In this document: one piece after another, positions 41,172 through 51,884 of the stretch
How positions within the stretch are numbered: the stretch's first letter is position 1
Layout: every line of letters starts with the position of its first letter
Origin: Clostridia bacterium
GTDB taxonomy: Bacteria > Bacillota > Clostridia > UBA1212 > DUPL01
Reading direction: 5' to 3'
DNA: 64,000 bases
NCBI GenBank assembly: GCA_050951325.1
Contig: JBMNIW010000012.1
Location: forward strand, 448,001-512,000
Made by a program: the position numbers and the translations under genes
The notes under the pieces: model-generated
Database searches by the model: none
The model's input: the letters and a program-made list of their open reading frames with translations, nothing else
What the model was told of the DNA's origin: nothing

Positions 41172-42041
41172 GTGCGTGAGGTGAAAAAAATGTACGAATG
41201 GTCTGCGATATATAGGGAAACGTATGAAGCGGAAGAAGAAGACATTATAGATAAGGAGCATTTGCATCCCAACATGCATCAGATTGTCTTTGTAACCGAA
41301 GGTGAGATGGAGCTGAGTACAAAGGGAAAGGACTACCATGCCAAAAAAGGTTCCATCTCCTTTATCAGCAACATTGAAATGCACTGTGTAAAAGTAAAAG
41401 CTTTCCCATACAAACGATACATAGTTAACATGGATGAATCCTTTATTCAGAACATACAGATGAGCAAGGAACTTACAAGCATTCTTAACTTAAGAACAGA
41501 TAATTTTGAGCATTGTGTCAATGTTGTGGAAATAATGGACGAGCTTGATTGTTTTTTTAGCAAGCTTGTAAAGGAAAGCATGAATAAAAAAGACAAGAAT
41601 GTTCCATACATATACGAGAATGCGTCTTCACTGCTCATACTTGTTTTGATTACCTTGTTCCGGGCAAAACCTGAAGCTTTTCCAATGCCTACGAAGGATA
41701 TGGATTCAATAATATACAAGGTTAAGGAGTATATAGATAATAATTATACGGAAGAAATAACTGTAAATAGTTTGTCAGAGCAATTCTTTATCAGTCAGTC
41801 CTATCTTAGTCAGAATTTCAAACAGCTGACCGGTTATAGTCCAAAGAAGTACATAATGCTTTGCAGGATCGCTGCAGCAAGATCGCTTTTGTACAAGACA
41901 GATATGCCAATAAACGATATTGCCATGTACGTAGGTTTTAACGACACCAGCAATTTTATCAGATACTTTAAAAAAGAAACGGGTGAAACACCGTTTCAGT
42001 TTAGAAAGTCTCTTAAAACTTTGGCATCTTCCAAGAATTGA
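41172..42041 (+). CDS. AraC family transcriptional regulator
   Basis: N-terminal cupin (HLHPNMHQ); C-terminal double HTH ...GFNDTSNFIRYFKKETGETPFQFR. Confidence 0.93.
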   Translation: MREVKKMYEWSAIYRETYEAEEEDIIDKEHLHPNMHQIVFVTEGEMELSTKGKDYHAKKGSISFISNIEMHCVKVKAFPYKRYIVNMDESFIQNIQMSKELTSILNLRTDNFEHCVNVVEIMDELDCFFSKLVKESMNKKDKNVPYIYENASSLLILVLITLFRAKPEAFPMPTKDMDSIIYKVKEYIDNNYTEEITVNSLSEQFFISQSYLSQNFKQLTGYSPKKYIMLCRIAAARSLLYKTDMPINDIAMYVGFNDTSNFIRYFKKETGETPFQFRKSLKTLASSKN

Positions 42042-42793
42042 TGGTCTGAATCATTTTTAACGAACTCCATTAACGCATAATGGGTTCTGTCAGACATGTT
42101 CCGCACCTTTTTAAATATGTCATTCCAATAATCCCCGTCAGAAGTCATGGGCAGTCTGTGAATTTTTCCGTCTACTACCTTCCAGTTGAATACATGCAGG
42201 TTCTTGAGATACGGATTGAGTTTCTCAAGATACTCATATACATCTTTCATTGGCATTGATGCATAAGGCTGAAAATATGCGTAAGCTATAGAATCTTTAC
42301 CATTGTTTTTAGCAATTTTCTTAACATTTTCAAGAAGCTCCATGTATGAAGGAAGAGTATCCGTCAGTGTGCCTCCGTGACATTCATAAGATACTGTCAT
42401 ACCTTCCTTTTTCGCCTCTTCAACAATAGCAAAGGATTCTTCTTCGATTCTTTTTCTTGTATCGCTGTCGGTATGTTCGCTTCCTTTTACACCTGCCCAA
42501 ACCCTGATATTTTGAGCAGACAAGGCTTTTGCCGTTTCAAGTACAGGTATGAAAGAATTCATAGAGTTGTCGCCATATGCTCCTACTCTGTAATATGAGC
42601 CGTAGGAACAGCATGCAAGACCAGCTTTTATTGTCTTTTCCCCAACAACTTTTGCATTTTTCAAGTCGTTGGGAGGAACATGAATGTCTCCCCCCCATTC
42701 AATGGCTTCCAAATCAGCCCTCTTCGCAATCTCTATAACTTCCTCTACATTCTTGTTTCTAAAAGTAACTGAAACCAGTCCAAGTTTAATCAT
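41996..42793 (-). CDS. Sugar phosphate isomerase/epimerase (xylose isomerase-like TIM barrel)
   Basis: GLVSVTFR, IEWGGDIHVP, IRVWAG, ECHGGTLTD. Confidence 0.8.
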   Translation of the reverse strand: MIKLGLVSVTFRNKNVEEVIEIAKRADLEAIEWGGDIHVPPNDLKNAKVVGEKTIKAGLACCSYGSYYRVGAYGDNSMNSFIPVLETAKALSAQNIRVWAGVKGSEHTDSDTRKRIEEESFAIVEEAKKEGMTVSYECHGGTLTDTLPSYMELLENVKKIAKNNGKDSIAYAYFQPYASMPMKDVYEYLEKLNPYLKNLHVFNWKVVDGKIHRLPMTSDGDYWNDIFKKVRNMSDRTHYALMEFVKNDSDHQFLEDAKVLRDFLN

Positions 42794-42801
42794 TCTTCAC
42801 C

Positions 42802-43851
42802 TCACGCCATAATTGGAAATCTTTTCTTATCGACTTCCCAGTCAAGCTTTTCGCCGTTTAAGAATTTTTCTAATTCTGAAAGCATGTAGTCTCCCATCCT
42901 TGTACATTCTCGGCCAACCGAGCCTGCCACATGAGGAGTAAGAATCACGTTGGGAAGGTCAAACAATGGTGAATCCTCCTTTGGAGGTTCAGGATGGGTT
43001 ACATCAAGACATGCATATAAGTCAGGACGTTTTTTTAGAACCTCAATCATTTCATTTTCCTTTATTATTGCACCCCTGGAAGTGTTTATAAAGGTGGTGG
43101 AAGGTTTCATCATTTCAAAATGTCTTCCTTCAATCATTCCTACCGTTTCAGGCAGCAGTGGAGTGTGCAGTGACACAACATCGCTCTGGCTGAACACCTC
43201 ATCCAAAGTACACATTTTAACATCAAGACCCATTTTGTCTGCCTGCTCCTGGGTTACAAACGGATCGTATGCAATTATGTTAAGGTCAAATGGTTTGAGA
43301 AGCTGTGCAACCATCCTTCCTATCATGCCAAGCGAGATAATGCCTACGGTGCTTTTGTATGTGCCGTAGACTATCCTTTTTACATCATTGTCTTGAATTC
43401 CTCTTTTTCTGTTTCGTTTGAAACTGTCCATGTAATACCAACCCAGTTTCAGGCTGTATAATACTTGTGCCACGGTAAAGTGGGCAACGGGTACGGCATT
43501 TGCTCCCCAGGCACTGCAAACCCTTACTCCTCTGTTCCAAAATGCATCAGAGACAACGCTCTTCAATGATCCTGCTCCATACAAAACAATTTTTAGATTT
43601 TTAAACACATCCAAAAGTTCTTCATTAAATTTTGGACATGACCAGGTGGAAAAAACAATATCAACATCCGCATATGCTTCTTTGTTTGCAAGCACTTTCT
43701 CCCTATTTGCCCATCCTGCGGACATGTCTACAAGGGCAGCTATTTTCTCCTGTGTTTCTTTTGAATATACCCTGTCGATTACGCCTGCGTTTTCAGTCAA
43801 ATAAATTCCCTTCACGATAATCCCTCCAAACATTTTCAAACCAGGTGTCAT
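42802..43851 (-). CDS. D-isomer-specific 2-hydroxyacid dehydrogenase
   Basis: GIISLGMIG, SLHTP, FINTSRG, LDVT, TPHVAG. Confidence 0.9.
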   Translation of the reverse strand: MTPGLKMFGGIIVKGIYLTENAGVIDRVYSKETQEKIAALVDMSAGWANREKVLANKEAYADVDIVFSTWSCPKFNEELLDVFKNLKIVLYGAGSLKSVVSDAFWNRGVRVCSAWGANAVPVAHFTVAQVLYSLKLGWYYMDSFKRNRKRGIQDNDVKRIVYGTYKSTVGIISLGMIGRMVAQLLKPFDLNIIAYDPFVTQEQADKMGLDVKMCTLDEVFSQSDVVSLHTPLLPETVGMIEGRHFEMMKPSTTFINTSRGAIIKENEMIEVLKKRPDLYACLDVTHPEPPKEDSPLFDLPNVILTPHVAGSVGRECTRMGDYMLSELEKFLNGEKLDWEVDKKRFPIMA

Positions 43852-45709
43852 GCTCCGGTATGGGGCGCACTTTCTCCCAGTAGTTTTTTATATTTCCGTT
43901 TAAGTAGCTTGTTACAAGTATTCTGTCCATAAAGGTCTTTTCATTGCCTTGATTGTCTACAACAAGGTATGAGCCTCTGCTGGTTCCTCCGTTTTCTATG
44001 TATGCTATCATTGCACTTATATAGCATATTTGGCTAATAAGGTTGTAATAAGTATAGAAAAACATGTTTATATCAATTTTTCGTCCACTTGCTTTTTCAA
44101 CAACCAAAGAAAGATCTTCCTTTGCTTCATTTAAAGCTTCTTTGAGTAAATCCAATCTTCTAATGGCCCCCGCTTTTTCGCTCATCCTCTTTTTCAGCTT
44201 TATGTCAAGCTCATAAATATTTAAACCATCTTCCTTTTGCTTTAGGAATGCACTGCCAAGATTAATGGTTTCTTTTACAGAGTCCAATAGTTCATCAAAA
44301 GCATATTTTACATAATCTTCTACGTCTTCAATTCTTCTTTTTGCTTTTATATATTCAGCACATCTTACGCTTCCTGTCTGCGTTGAATTAAGAGCCGACC
44401 CGCCTGGCCTGTATACACCATAAATGCCTGCAGCTTCACCAATAGGAAAGATACCTTTAATATTGCTCTGCCAATATATATCTACCTTAAGTCCTCCGTT
44501 GTTATGCTGTGCGCAGACAGCAATCTCAAGCTTTTCCTTTTCCAGGTCTATTCCGTTGTTCTTGTATAAATCATAGGCTTCAGGATTAATCTTTCTTAAA
44601 CGGTGAAGTGGAGACTTTTTTGCATCTTCTTCAGTTATTCCGCATTTTTGCAAGTATTCCTTGCCTTCGGGTCCAATTATCGAAAACCAGTCATCACATA
44701 TATTGGTTGTATAATCCAGCCAGACTCGTCTGTTTTTCTTGTATATTTCTTCGTAAACAAGCAAATCTATGTTTGACGAGCCTTCGTTTTCCAGTTTCTT
44801 TGCATCAAATGGCCACTGGTATCCTTTGAGGAAAACAGCATCAATGGCTTTTTGTCTGGTGGAAAAGTGTTCAAACAAAAAGTCTTTTGGGTCATTGCCT
44901 TCCTGATCTGTAGATACATATCTAGGAACTACCTGTTGATAAGTTCCTGACAGATTCCATCTGAATTTAGTAGAAGCAATTCCATACTGCCACTCAGTAA
45001 GATTAACTCCATCACATCCAACAGCAAAGGCAACCCCGGTTGCACCTACCTGGCTTGGAGGAAACACGGAATCCCTGTACATGCCTGCAGGTCCTCCTGT
45101 GGCAAGAACAATATTTGGACTAAAAACAATCTTGTAACCGTCTTTTGAAAGTGCCACAAGACCGTATGCTTCATTGTCCTTTACCAGTAGTTTCACAAGC
45201 TGCATGTCATCAAGTATAGGGATGCCCTTTGATTTAACCGACTTTTCAAGAGCTTCAGTCATGTATTTGGATGTAAGGGGGCCTGCAGAAGTTGCTCTTG
45301 AGGAGGAATCGTGGTCAGTCCGATATCCTACATACAACCCATATTTGTCATGCGGGAAGGGGACTCCAAGACCTGCAAGCTTGTAAAAGTTTCTTAACGA
45401 CAAGGCAGCTTCAACAAGAGCATGGTCTCCATGAATTCCTCCACCCTCGAATAAATCTTTTGCCATGTCATAAATAGAGTCTTTTTCTTTTGATTGGGAA
45501 AGTTTATAGAATGTCTGCTTGTCGGAACCTGTATTTCTTGAAGTTCCGGAGTTAATACCGTTTGAAATTACAATTATGTCTTTAACTCCAAGATTCCATA
45601 GAGTGTCTGCGCAATTAAAGCCTGCACAACCAGTTCCTACGATTACCGCATCGCAGTAAACGCAGGGAAAGGTGTCCTCCTGAATTGTAATAGAATCAAA
45701 CTTAATCAT
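43793..45709 (-). CDS. FAD-binding protein, succinate dehydrogenase/fumarate reductase flavoprotein-like
   Basis: IVGTGCAG, SRNTGSDKQT, VLATGG, QHNNGG, RPGGSALN. Confidence 0.8.
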   Translation of the reverse strand: MIKFDSITIQEDTFPCVYCDAVIVGTGCAGFNCADTLWNLGVKDIIVISNGINSGTSRNTGSDKQTFYKLSQSKEKDSIYDMAKDLFEGGGIHGDHALVEAALSLRNFYKLAGLGVPFPHDKYGLYVGYRTDHDSSSRATSAGPLTSKYMTEALEKSVKSKGIPILDDMQLVKLLVKDNEAYGLVALSKDGYKIVFSPNIVLATGGPAGMYRDSVFPPSQVGATGVAFAVGCDGVNLTEWQYGIASTKFRWNLSGTYQQVVPRYVSTDQEGNDPKDFLFEHFSTRQKAIDAVFLKGYQWPFDAKKLENEGSSNIDLLVYEEIYKKNRRVWLDYTTNICDDWFSIIGPEGKEYLQKCGITEEDAKKSPLHRLRKINPEAYDLYKNNGIDLEKEKLEIAVCAQHNNGGLKVDIYWQSNIKGIFPIGEAAGIYGVYRPGGSALNSTQTGSVRCAEYIKAKRRIEDVEDYVKYAFDELLDSVKETINLGSAFLKQKEDGLNIYELDIKLKKRMSEKAGAIRRLDLLKEALNEAKEDLSLVVEKASGRKIDINMFFYTYYNLISQICYISAMIAYIENGGTSRGSYLVVDNQGNEKTFMDRILVTSYLNGNIKNYWEKVRPIPEHDTWFENVWRDYREGNLFD

Positions 45710-46476
45710 AGCCTTTTAATATGAAAACCTCCATCGATATCGATTACTGTTCCTGTTGAATAGGGGAACAAACCAAGGGCAAAGGCAAGAACGGCTTTTG
45801 CTATGTCTTCGGGTTTTCCCCAGCGCTTTAGTGGCAAAATACCTTTGTTAAATATTAACTCGTCGTACTTTTCCTTAACAGTGGAAGTCATGTCTGTATC
45901 TATTATTCCAGGTCTAATCTCATAAACATTGATTCCGTAAGTTGCAAGTCTGTCGGCAAACAGTTTGGTTATCATTGATACGCCGGCTTTTGATATGCAG
46001 TATTCGCCGCGGTTTACACTGCTGGTATCAGAAGAAATCGAGCTTATGTTTACAATGATGCCGGATGATTTGCCTTTTTCCACTTGTTCTATCATTGTGT
46101 TTGCCACCAGCTGTGTAAGAAAGAAAGTGCCTTTTAAGTTTACACCCAATACAAAGTCCATGCTTTCTTCAGTCATTTTCAATATGTCGTTTCTTTCTTT
46201 CGGTGCAACACCTGCATTGTTTACAAGCAAATCAATGCTTTTCTCATTCCGCATGACTGTGTCGACAATCTTTTGCCTGTCTTTTGCATTCTGAATGTTT
46301 GCGCATATGTATTTACAGTTATTATTATTCTTTTTGAAGGCGTTAAATTCAGGATAGTCGTCTTCCTTTTCACGAGTTCCCACGGCATAGACAATAAAAG
46401 AGTTTTTAACAAGTAATCTAACTATGCCAAACCCTATCCCTCGGGTTCCTCCAGTTACTATAGCCACCCTAGCCAT
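45706..46476 (-). CDS. SDR oxidoreductase (3-ketoacyl-ACP reductase-like)
   Basis: TGGTRGIG, NNAGVAP, YCISK. Confidence 0.9.
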   Translation of the reverse strand: MARVAIVTGGTRGIGFGIVRLLVKNSFIVYAVGTREKEDDYPEFNAFKKNNNNCKYICANIQNAKDRQKIVDTVMRNEKSIDLLVNNAGVAPKERNDILKMTEESMDFVLGVNLKGTFFLTQLVANTMIEQVEKGKSSGIIVNISSISSDTSSVNRGEYCISKAGVSMITKLFADRLATYGINVYEIRPGIIDTDMTSTVKEKYDELIFNKGILPLKRWGKPEDIAKAVLAFALGLFPYSTGTVIDIDGGFHIKRL

Positions 46477-47794
46477 ATTTTCTAACCTCCCTCAATATTG
46501 GAAGATATACTTCCTGGTCTCTTACAGGACAGCCGGCAAATCTTCCTGCACGCATGATTTTTGTACACAGACTGCATGTAAGGCATATTTTATCTGAAAA
46601 CATTCTGTTGTGATTTATTATGTCATTTGCAAAGTCCGGGTACGCAAGGGCAACTCTTCCCATGCCCATGATATCCGTTTTGTTGTTTGCAATTTCATTG
46701 GCAGCAACATGAGGGGCGCACTGCCTGAACCAGCTGTAGCCGGTACCCACAACAATCATATCAGGATACTCCTGTTTTACTTTAGCCGAACCTTCGATAA
46801 GTCTGCCAAGGCCAACCAGTGGATGTTCAGGTGGGGTGTATCCTCCTGCATTGTAGGGCCTGTTGATATGGGGATTGTGGTAGGGGTTACCCATTGTAAT
46901 GTTGATAACTTTCATTCCCATATCTTTAAGCATCCCAATTAGTTTGATAGGTTCGGTCAAATCCATCTTGTCGACATTGCCACCCCAGCCGGGATTGTTT
47001 TCAGTCTTTAGGTACGAATCGTAAAGATTAAGTCTTACAGTTAATATAAAGTTGTCGCCGCAGGCTTCCTTTACCTTCTTAAAAGAGGTCATAAGTAGTT
47101 TTACTCTGTTTTCAAAAGAACCTCCGTATTTGCCTTCTCTTTCGTAAGCAGAAAGAAGTTCCCCCAGGAGATAGCCGTGACATGCTTTAATATCCACACC
47201 ATCAAAGCCTGCCTCCTTTAGTAAAAGGGCTGTCTTTGCAAACATATCTGGCAGGGAATCAAGGTATTCATCGGCTGCATATGTAAAGGCATCTTCAGGC
47301 AGGCCGGAGCTTTCCCTTAATTCCACATTGTCATAAGCGCATATGGGGGAAGCAGCTCCATTTGGTTTTGAGTATCTTCCTGAGTGTGTAAGCTGTGCTA
47401 TCAATATCTGTTTTTTGCTGCTGACTTCACTGCGTGTCTTCCTTATTTCATCTACAAATGTCTTAAACACTTCCTTGTTTTGTTCGGTTATGTATAACTG
47501 TCTTGGGTTTGCCCGCGACTCTTCACAGATTGCAATAGCTTCAAACCAAACAAGTCCTGCTCCGCCTCGTGCAAATCTTTTATACCTTCTCAAGGAAAAC
47601 TCCGACGGTGAACCGTCGGTATGGCCGTCGCAGCCCTCCAAAGGGTGTATTGCCATGCGGTTTGGGGAGATATAACCATCTCCCAAATCAACTTCTTCCT
47701 TGAGTATTGAAATGTCATCCTGATATCCCAAATCCAGGTTGAAATCTTTTATATAAGTCATAAGGCTGTCTTTGTCGTATTTAAATTTCTGCAA
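46469..47794 (-). CDS. NADH:flavin oxidoreductase (Old Yellow Enzyme family)
   Basis: NRMAIHPLEG, ARGGAGLV, QLTHSGR, GFDGVDIKACHGYL, YGGSFENR, C-terminal CxxCxxC. Confidence 0.88.
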   Translation of the reverse strand: MQKFKYDKDSLMTYIKDFNLDLGYQDDISILKEEVDLGDGYISPNRMAIHPLEGCDGHTDGSPSEFSLRRYKRFARGGAGLVWFEAIAICEESRANPRQLYITEQNKEVFKTFVDEIRKTRSEVSSKKQILIAQLTHSGRYSKPNGAASPICAYDNVELRESSGLPEDAFTYAADEYLDSLPDMFAKTALLLKEAGFDGVDIKACHGYLLGELLSAYEREGKYGGSFENRVKLLMTSFKKVKEACGDNFILTVRLNLYDSYLKTENNPGWGGNVDKMDLTEPIKLIGMLKDMGMKVINITMGNPYHNPHINRPYNAGGYTPPEHPLVGLGRLIEGSAKVKQEYPDMIVVGTGYSWFRQCAPHVAANEIANNKTDIMGMGRVALAYPDFANDIINHNRMFSDKICLTCSLCTKIMRAGRFAGCPVRDQEVYLPILREVRKYG

Positions 47795-47867
47795 TTAAAA
47801 TCCTCCTAAAATTCTAATTCCCTTAAATACTACCACAACAGTTGGTGTATAAATAAGAATTATCATT

Positions 47868-48986
47868 TTAAAAATATGCATTATTGCCAAATACCTTTTT
47901 TATAGCCTCCAAATATCCATATCCATACAAATCATCCGGCTGCAGGTAGCTGGTTTCAGTCCATTCATTCCAGCTGTTAATGGTAATAAGTGGCGGCTGG
48001 TTTGGGTGATTGTCAGCATATTCCTTTGCCATTCTAAAGGCCTTCTCAACATTTTCGGGTGTGTTGTTTTTTACTATTCCCGGTCTGAATTCCTTAAACC
48101 TGGGATTGTTGTCCCAGCCAACGGATATGTGAGGGAAATATGGGATTTTGTACTTGGAAAGTGCCTCCCATTCTTTTTCAACATCTTTAAGAATCTCGAG
48201 ATAATCCCTGTCAATATTGGCAAAATGGACAAACTGATAGTGGCTCATGCTGTCGAACCCCAGCACTTCAATTATTTCAGACGGTTTCATTGTCCTCTCT
48301 TCGTCCACTCCTGAAACATTCTTTACGTTCTGGGACCACATAGTAAGTTGAAGATGCAGACCCTTCAACCCTCTTTTTATGCATTCGTTTTTAAACCAGT
48401 CTAAAGCATTTCGCGTTTGCTCAAGACCACCAAGGCCTCTTATTAAGTTTTCTATGTCGTAAATCATGAAAACAGGTTTTTCATCAATTGTATAGTAGTT
48501 TGAACGCTTGAAGTATTTTTCGATGACTCTTGTTGCTATTGTTTCAAAAACGCTTCTTGATACAGCTCCGTCCCATATAATGTTGTAAAGATCATGAGAC
48601 AGCCTTTTGTCCCACACATTGTTTACACTGTGGTTTGCCCACATTAAATAGAACTTCATTTTATGATTGTTTTTTGCCTTAAGAAAGCCGTCATTCAGGC
48701 AATTTTCCAAAAAAGGTCTGTTGTCATACCAATACCAGTCGTAGATGAATACATTGACACCATGGTCCACTGCGCACTCAATCTGCATTTCCATCACATA
48801 AGGGTCCGCTTCGTTTACATAACCCCAGAGTGGTCTTCTTGGCCAGGTGTGACCTTCAAACCTCTTGTCTGCATCCCTTACGGACTGCCATTCTCCCATA
48901 CCTTCAGGCCAGAACATTCTTGTCCTCGGTTCATCGCCTGTATATGCTGGCCAGATGTATGCGGCTATATCATACTTTTTATCCAT
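47868..48986 (-). CDS. GH99-like / WbsX-family protein
   Basis: GEWQSV, PLWGY, FIYDWYW, MWANH, VGWDNNPR, INSWNEW. Confidence 0.8.
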   Translation of the reverse strand: MDKKYDIAAYIWPAYTGDEPRTRMFWPEGMGEWQSVRDADKRFEGHTWPRRPLWGYVNEADPYVMEMQIECAVDHGVNVFIYDWYWYDNRPFLENCLNDGFLKAKNNHKMKFYLMWANHSVNNVWDKRLSHDLYNIIWDGAVSRSVFETIATRVIEKYFKRSNYYTIDEKPVFMIYDIENLIRGLGGLEQTRNALDWFKNECIKRGLKGLHLQLTMWSQNVKNVSGVDEERTMKPSEIIEVLGFDSMSHYQFVHFANIDRDYLEILKDVEKEWEALSKYKIPYFPHISVGWDNNPRFKEFRPGIVKNNTPENVEKAFRMAKEYADNHPNQPPLITINSWNEWTETSYLQPDDLYGYGYLEAIKKVFGNNAYF

Positions 48987-49218
48987 TTTATCAGCTCCAT
49001 ATTGTATATTTTATCATGTTTACACTAATTATAGATTATATACAACAGGGTGGACAGTTTCAATATCTAATATCAGTCTGTCCATATGTTGTGCTTGAAT
49101 AAAGATGAATATAATGCTACAATTGAATTGAGCGGAGTATTTGAAAATGTCCGGTTTTTGTAGTAAATGAATTCTTTATTGTAATAATCAACAGCAGATT
49201 TTTGGAGGTAGTATTCAA

Positions 49219-50379
49219 ATGAATCGTAAAAGAGCACCTTTTTCATCGCACTCATTCCCTGTAGGTCCCCTAGGATTGATAGGTATGGAGAGCTGCCAGG
49301 ATCTGGCCCAGAAAGTTGACGAATGGTTAATTGCGATGAGGGAGGAGGAAACTCAACAAAAAGCATCTTCGTTTCTAATTAAGAACAGATGCCCGAGATT
49401 CGGAAACGGAGAAGCAAAGGGTATAATTGATGAATCAATCAGGGGCAAGGACCTGTATATTTTGATAGACGTGGGTAACTATGGCTGCACATACAATATA
49501 ATGGGCAGGGAAAATGTGAAGTCGCCCGACGATCACTTTATGGATCTGAAAAGAATAATCTCTGCAATTGGAGGCAAGGGAAAGAGGATAAATATAATTA
49601 TGCCTTTTCTGTACGGTGGAAGACAGCACAGGAGGGTAATTAGAGAATCTCTTGACTGTGCGCTGGCACTGCATGAACTTCAGAATCTTGGCATAAGCAA
49701 TATTATCACATTCGATGCTCATGACTCAAGAGTCCAAAATTCCATACCAAATATCAGCTTTGAGAATATTCTCCCATATTACCAGTTCACCAAAGCCCTG
49801 CTTATAGCGGAGCCCGACATAAAGATAGACAAGGAGAACTTGATGATAGTGAGCCCTGACGAAGGCGGAATCCACAGGAATCTATACTATTCATCAATAT
49901 TTGGAATCAACCTGGGTATCTTCATCAAGAGAAGAGATTACTCCACGATGGTTAACGGCAGGAATCCAATAGTTGCTCATGAATTTATTGGCGATGATGT
50001 TGAAGGCAAGGATATTTTGGTTGTGGACGACATGATTTCATCGGGAGATTCATTGCTTGATATTGCTTACGAACTCAAGAGAAGAAAAGCTAGAAAGATT
50101 TACTGCGCAGTTACTTATGCACTGTTTACCGACGGAATAGACTTGTTCAACAAGGCTTATGAGGATGGAGCATTAAACAGAGTATTTGCAACCAACCTGA
50201 CATACAGAAGGCCAGAGCTTAAAGATGCTGAATGGTTTGTTGAGGTTGACATGTCAAAATATATTGCAAAACTGATTGATGCACTTAATTATGACGAGTC
50301 TCTGGGTGTGCTTGTTAATCCTGCACAGAGGATTATAAGTCTTTTGGAGAAGCATTCAAACGGAGAACCCATTGTTTAG
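49219..50379 (+). CDS. prs: Ribose-phosphate pyrophosphokinase
   Basis: RFGNGE, YGGRQHRR, FDAHD, SPDEGG, VVDDMISSG. Confidence 0.93.
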   Translation: MNRKRAPFSSHSFPVGPLGLIGMESCQDLAQKVDEWLIAMREEETQQKASSFLIKNRCPRFGNGEAKGIIDESIRGKDLYILIDVGNYGCTYNIMGRENVKSPDDHFMDLKRIISAIGGKGKRINIIMPFLYGGRQHRRVIRESLDCALALHELQNLGISNIITFDAHDSRVQNSIPNISFENILPYYQFTKALLIAEPDIKIDKENLMIVSPDEGGIHRNLYYSSIFGINLGIFIKRRDYSTMVNGRNPIVAHEFIGDDVEGKDILVVDDMISSGDSLLDIAYELKRRKARKIYCAVTYALFTDGIDLFNKAYEDGALNRVFATNLTYRRPELKDAEWFVEVDMSKYIAKLIDALNYDESLGVLVNPAQRIISLLEKHSNGEPIV

Positions 50380-51029
50380 TATATTAATTCATCCAAAATT
50401 ATTTTACGTGGGTTTGTGATGAAAAGGCTTTCAGCCACTTCAATACCGAAGTTTTCCTCTACAACCTGATAAGCTTTGGCAATATCCAAACCTCCCACAA
50501 AGGAAACAAGGCCGTCTTTGATCATTTCAAAGGCGGTTTTTTTAGCTTTTTTGCCATTTCTTCCGGTGATGTCTTCCGCATTGAGCATATTCAGCATACC
50601 AAAAGGAGTATTGTCTTTAACACATTTATCATTTTTCAGGTTGTGAAGTTGCACCAGAACAATGCCAAACCTGCCCATCTCGGAAATGAGTTCCTGGAGA
50701 TAGGAAGGTTTTTTGTGCAGCTGAACAAGCAGATACCGAGAAGACGCAAGGGTATACTCCCTGTCAAGAATCTTCTTTAGTACATCTGGTGCATCCGGTA
50801 TGAAGAAATCGCAGTTTAAAAGATACCCTGGAAGAATTCTTGTATCTAGTTCCTGACTCTCTGCAAATTCTGCAAGGATAAGAATATTGTCTTCAATATC
50901 GTCACTTTTCCCATAAGTATATTCCTGCGTTGCAATTACATGGGAGCACACAAGCTGCTTCTTCAATTCCCTATAAATCCTTGCCCTGCTTCCTTTAAAC
51001 GGGCAGTACAGGTTAATCATATGCTTCAC
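50376..51029 (-). CDS. Degenerate CpsB/CapC (PHP) tyrosine phosphatase-like protein
   Basis: TLASSRYLLVQL, ITGRNGKKAKKTA, GLVSFVG, LFITNPRKII; metal-binding His motifs missing. Confidence 0.55.
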   Translation of the reverse strand: MKHMINLYCPFKGSRARIYRELKKQLVCSHVIATQEYTYGKSDDIEDNILILAEFAESQELDTRILPGYLLNCDFFIPDAPDVLKKILDREYTLASSRYLLVQLHKKPSYLQELISEMGRFGIVLVQLHNLKNDKCVKDNTPFGMLNMLNAEDITGRNGKKAKKTAFEMIKDGLVSFVGGLDIAKAYQVVEENFGIEVAESLFITNPRKIILDELIY

Positions 51030-51067
51030 CTCTTGAAAAAACAGCCCACTTTACGTGGACTGTACTT

Positions 51068-51880
51068 CTACTCTTTAATAATTTCATAAACATCTTTTAT
51101 ACTGTCAAACACATAATCCGGCTTTACATCCGATGTCTCCAGCAGTTCTTTTGTGGTTTCACCGGTAAGAACACAAATTGACATTACTCCTGCGTTTATG
51201 GCGCACAGAACATCTGTATTCAAACGGTCGCCAATAACTGCAATTTCATCCTTGCTGCAGTTTTCCTTCTCCATAACCATTTCAATAATCAATGGATTGG
51301 GTTTTCCAGCTATCATGGAAGGTCTTCTGCCTGTGGCAGCAGCTATCAATTCCATGAAAGCACCTGCATCTGGTATTGAGCGCCCAACACCTACAGGGCA
51401 TACCATGTCCGGGTGGGTTGCTACATAAGCCACACCATCATTTATATAATCGCAGGCTATTCTAAGTTTTTCATATGTCAGGGTGGTGTCAAATCCCATA
51501 ACCACATAATCTGGTCTTTTGTCTTCTTCGGTATAGTAATCCTTTACAAGTTCAAAACCGCTTTCCACAATGTAGTTTTCAAGAGAAGGAGTACCAAGCA
51601 AAAAGATTTTCGCTCCCTCTTTTTCTTTCTTCAAATTGTGCACAAGTGCATTTGCAGATGTGCAAAAGTCGTCTTCAGTAGTTTCAATGTTCAAAGACTG
51701 AAGTTTTTCGATGTACTGTGCTACAGCTTTTGATGAGTTGTTGGTTATATAAATAGCTCTTTTGTTTTGTTTTTCAAGTTCATTTAAAAAATCCATAGTT
51801 CCGTCAATCAATGTTGTATCAAGATATATTGTCCCGTCCATATCAAGTAAAAAGTACTTTATGTTTTTGATCTTGTGCAT
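51068..51880 (-). CDS. HAD-IIA hydrolase (NagD/AraL-like)
   Basis: DMDGT, TNNS, GKP, IGDRLNTD. Confidence 0.92.
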   Translation of the reverse strand: MHKIKNIKYFLLDMDGTIYLDTTLIDGTMDFLNELEKQNKRAIYITNNSSKAVAQYIEKLQSLNIETTEDDFCTSANALVHNLKKEKEGAKIFLLGTPSLENYIVESGFELVKDYYTEEDKRPDYVVMGFDTTLTYEKLRIACDYINDGVAYVATHPDMVCPVGVGRSIPDAGAFMELIAAATGRRPSMIAGKPNPLIIEMVMEKENCSKDEIAVIGDRLNTDVLCAINAGVMSICVLTGETTKELLETSDVKPDYVFDSIKDVYEIIKE

Positions 51881-51884
51881 TTTA

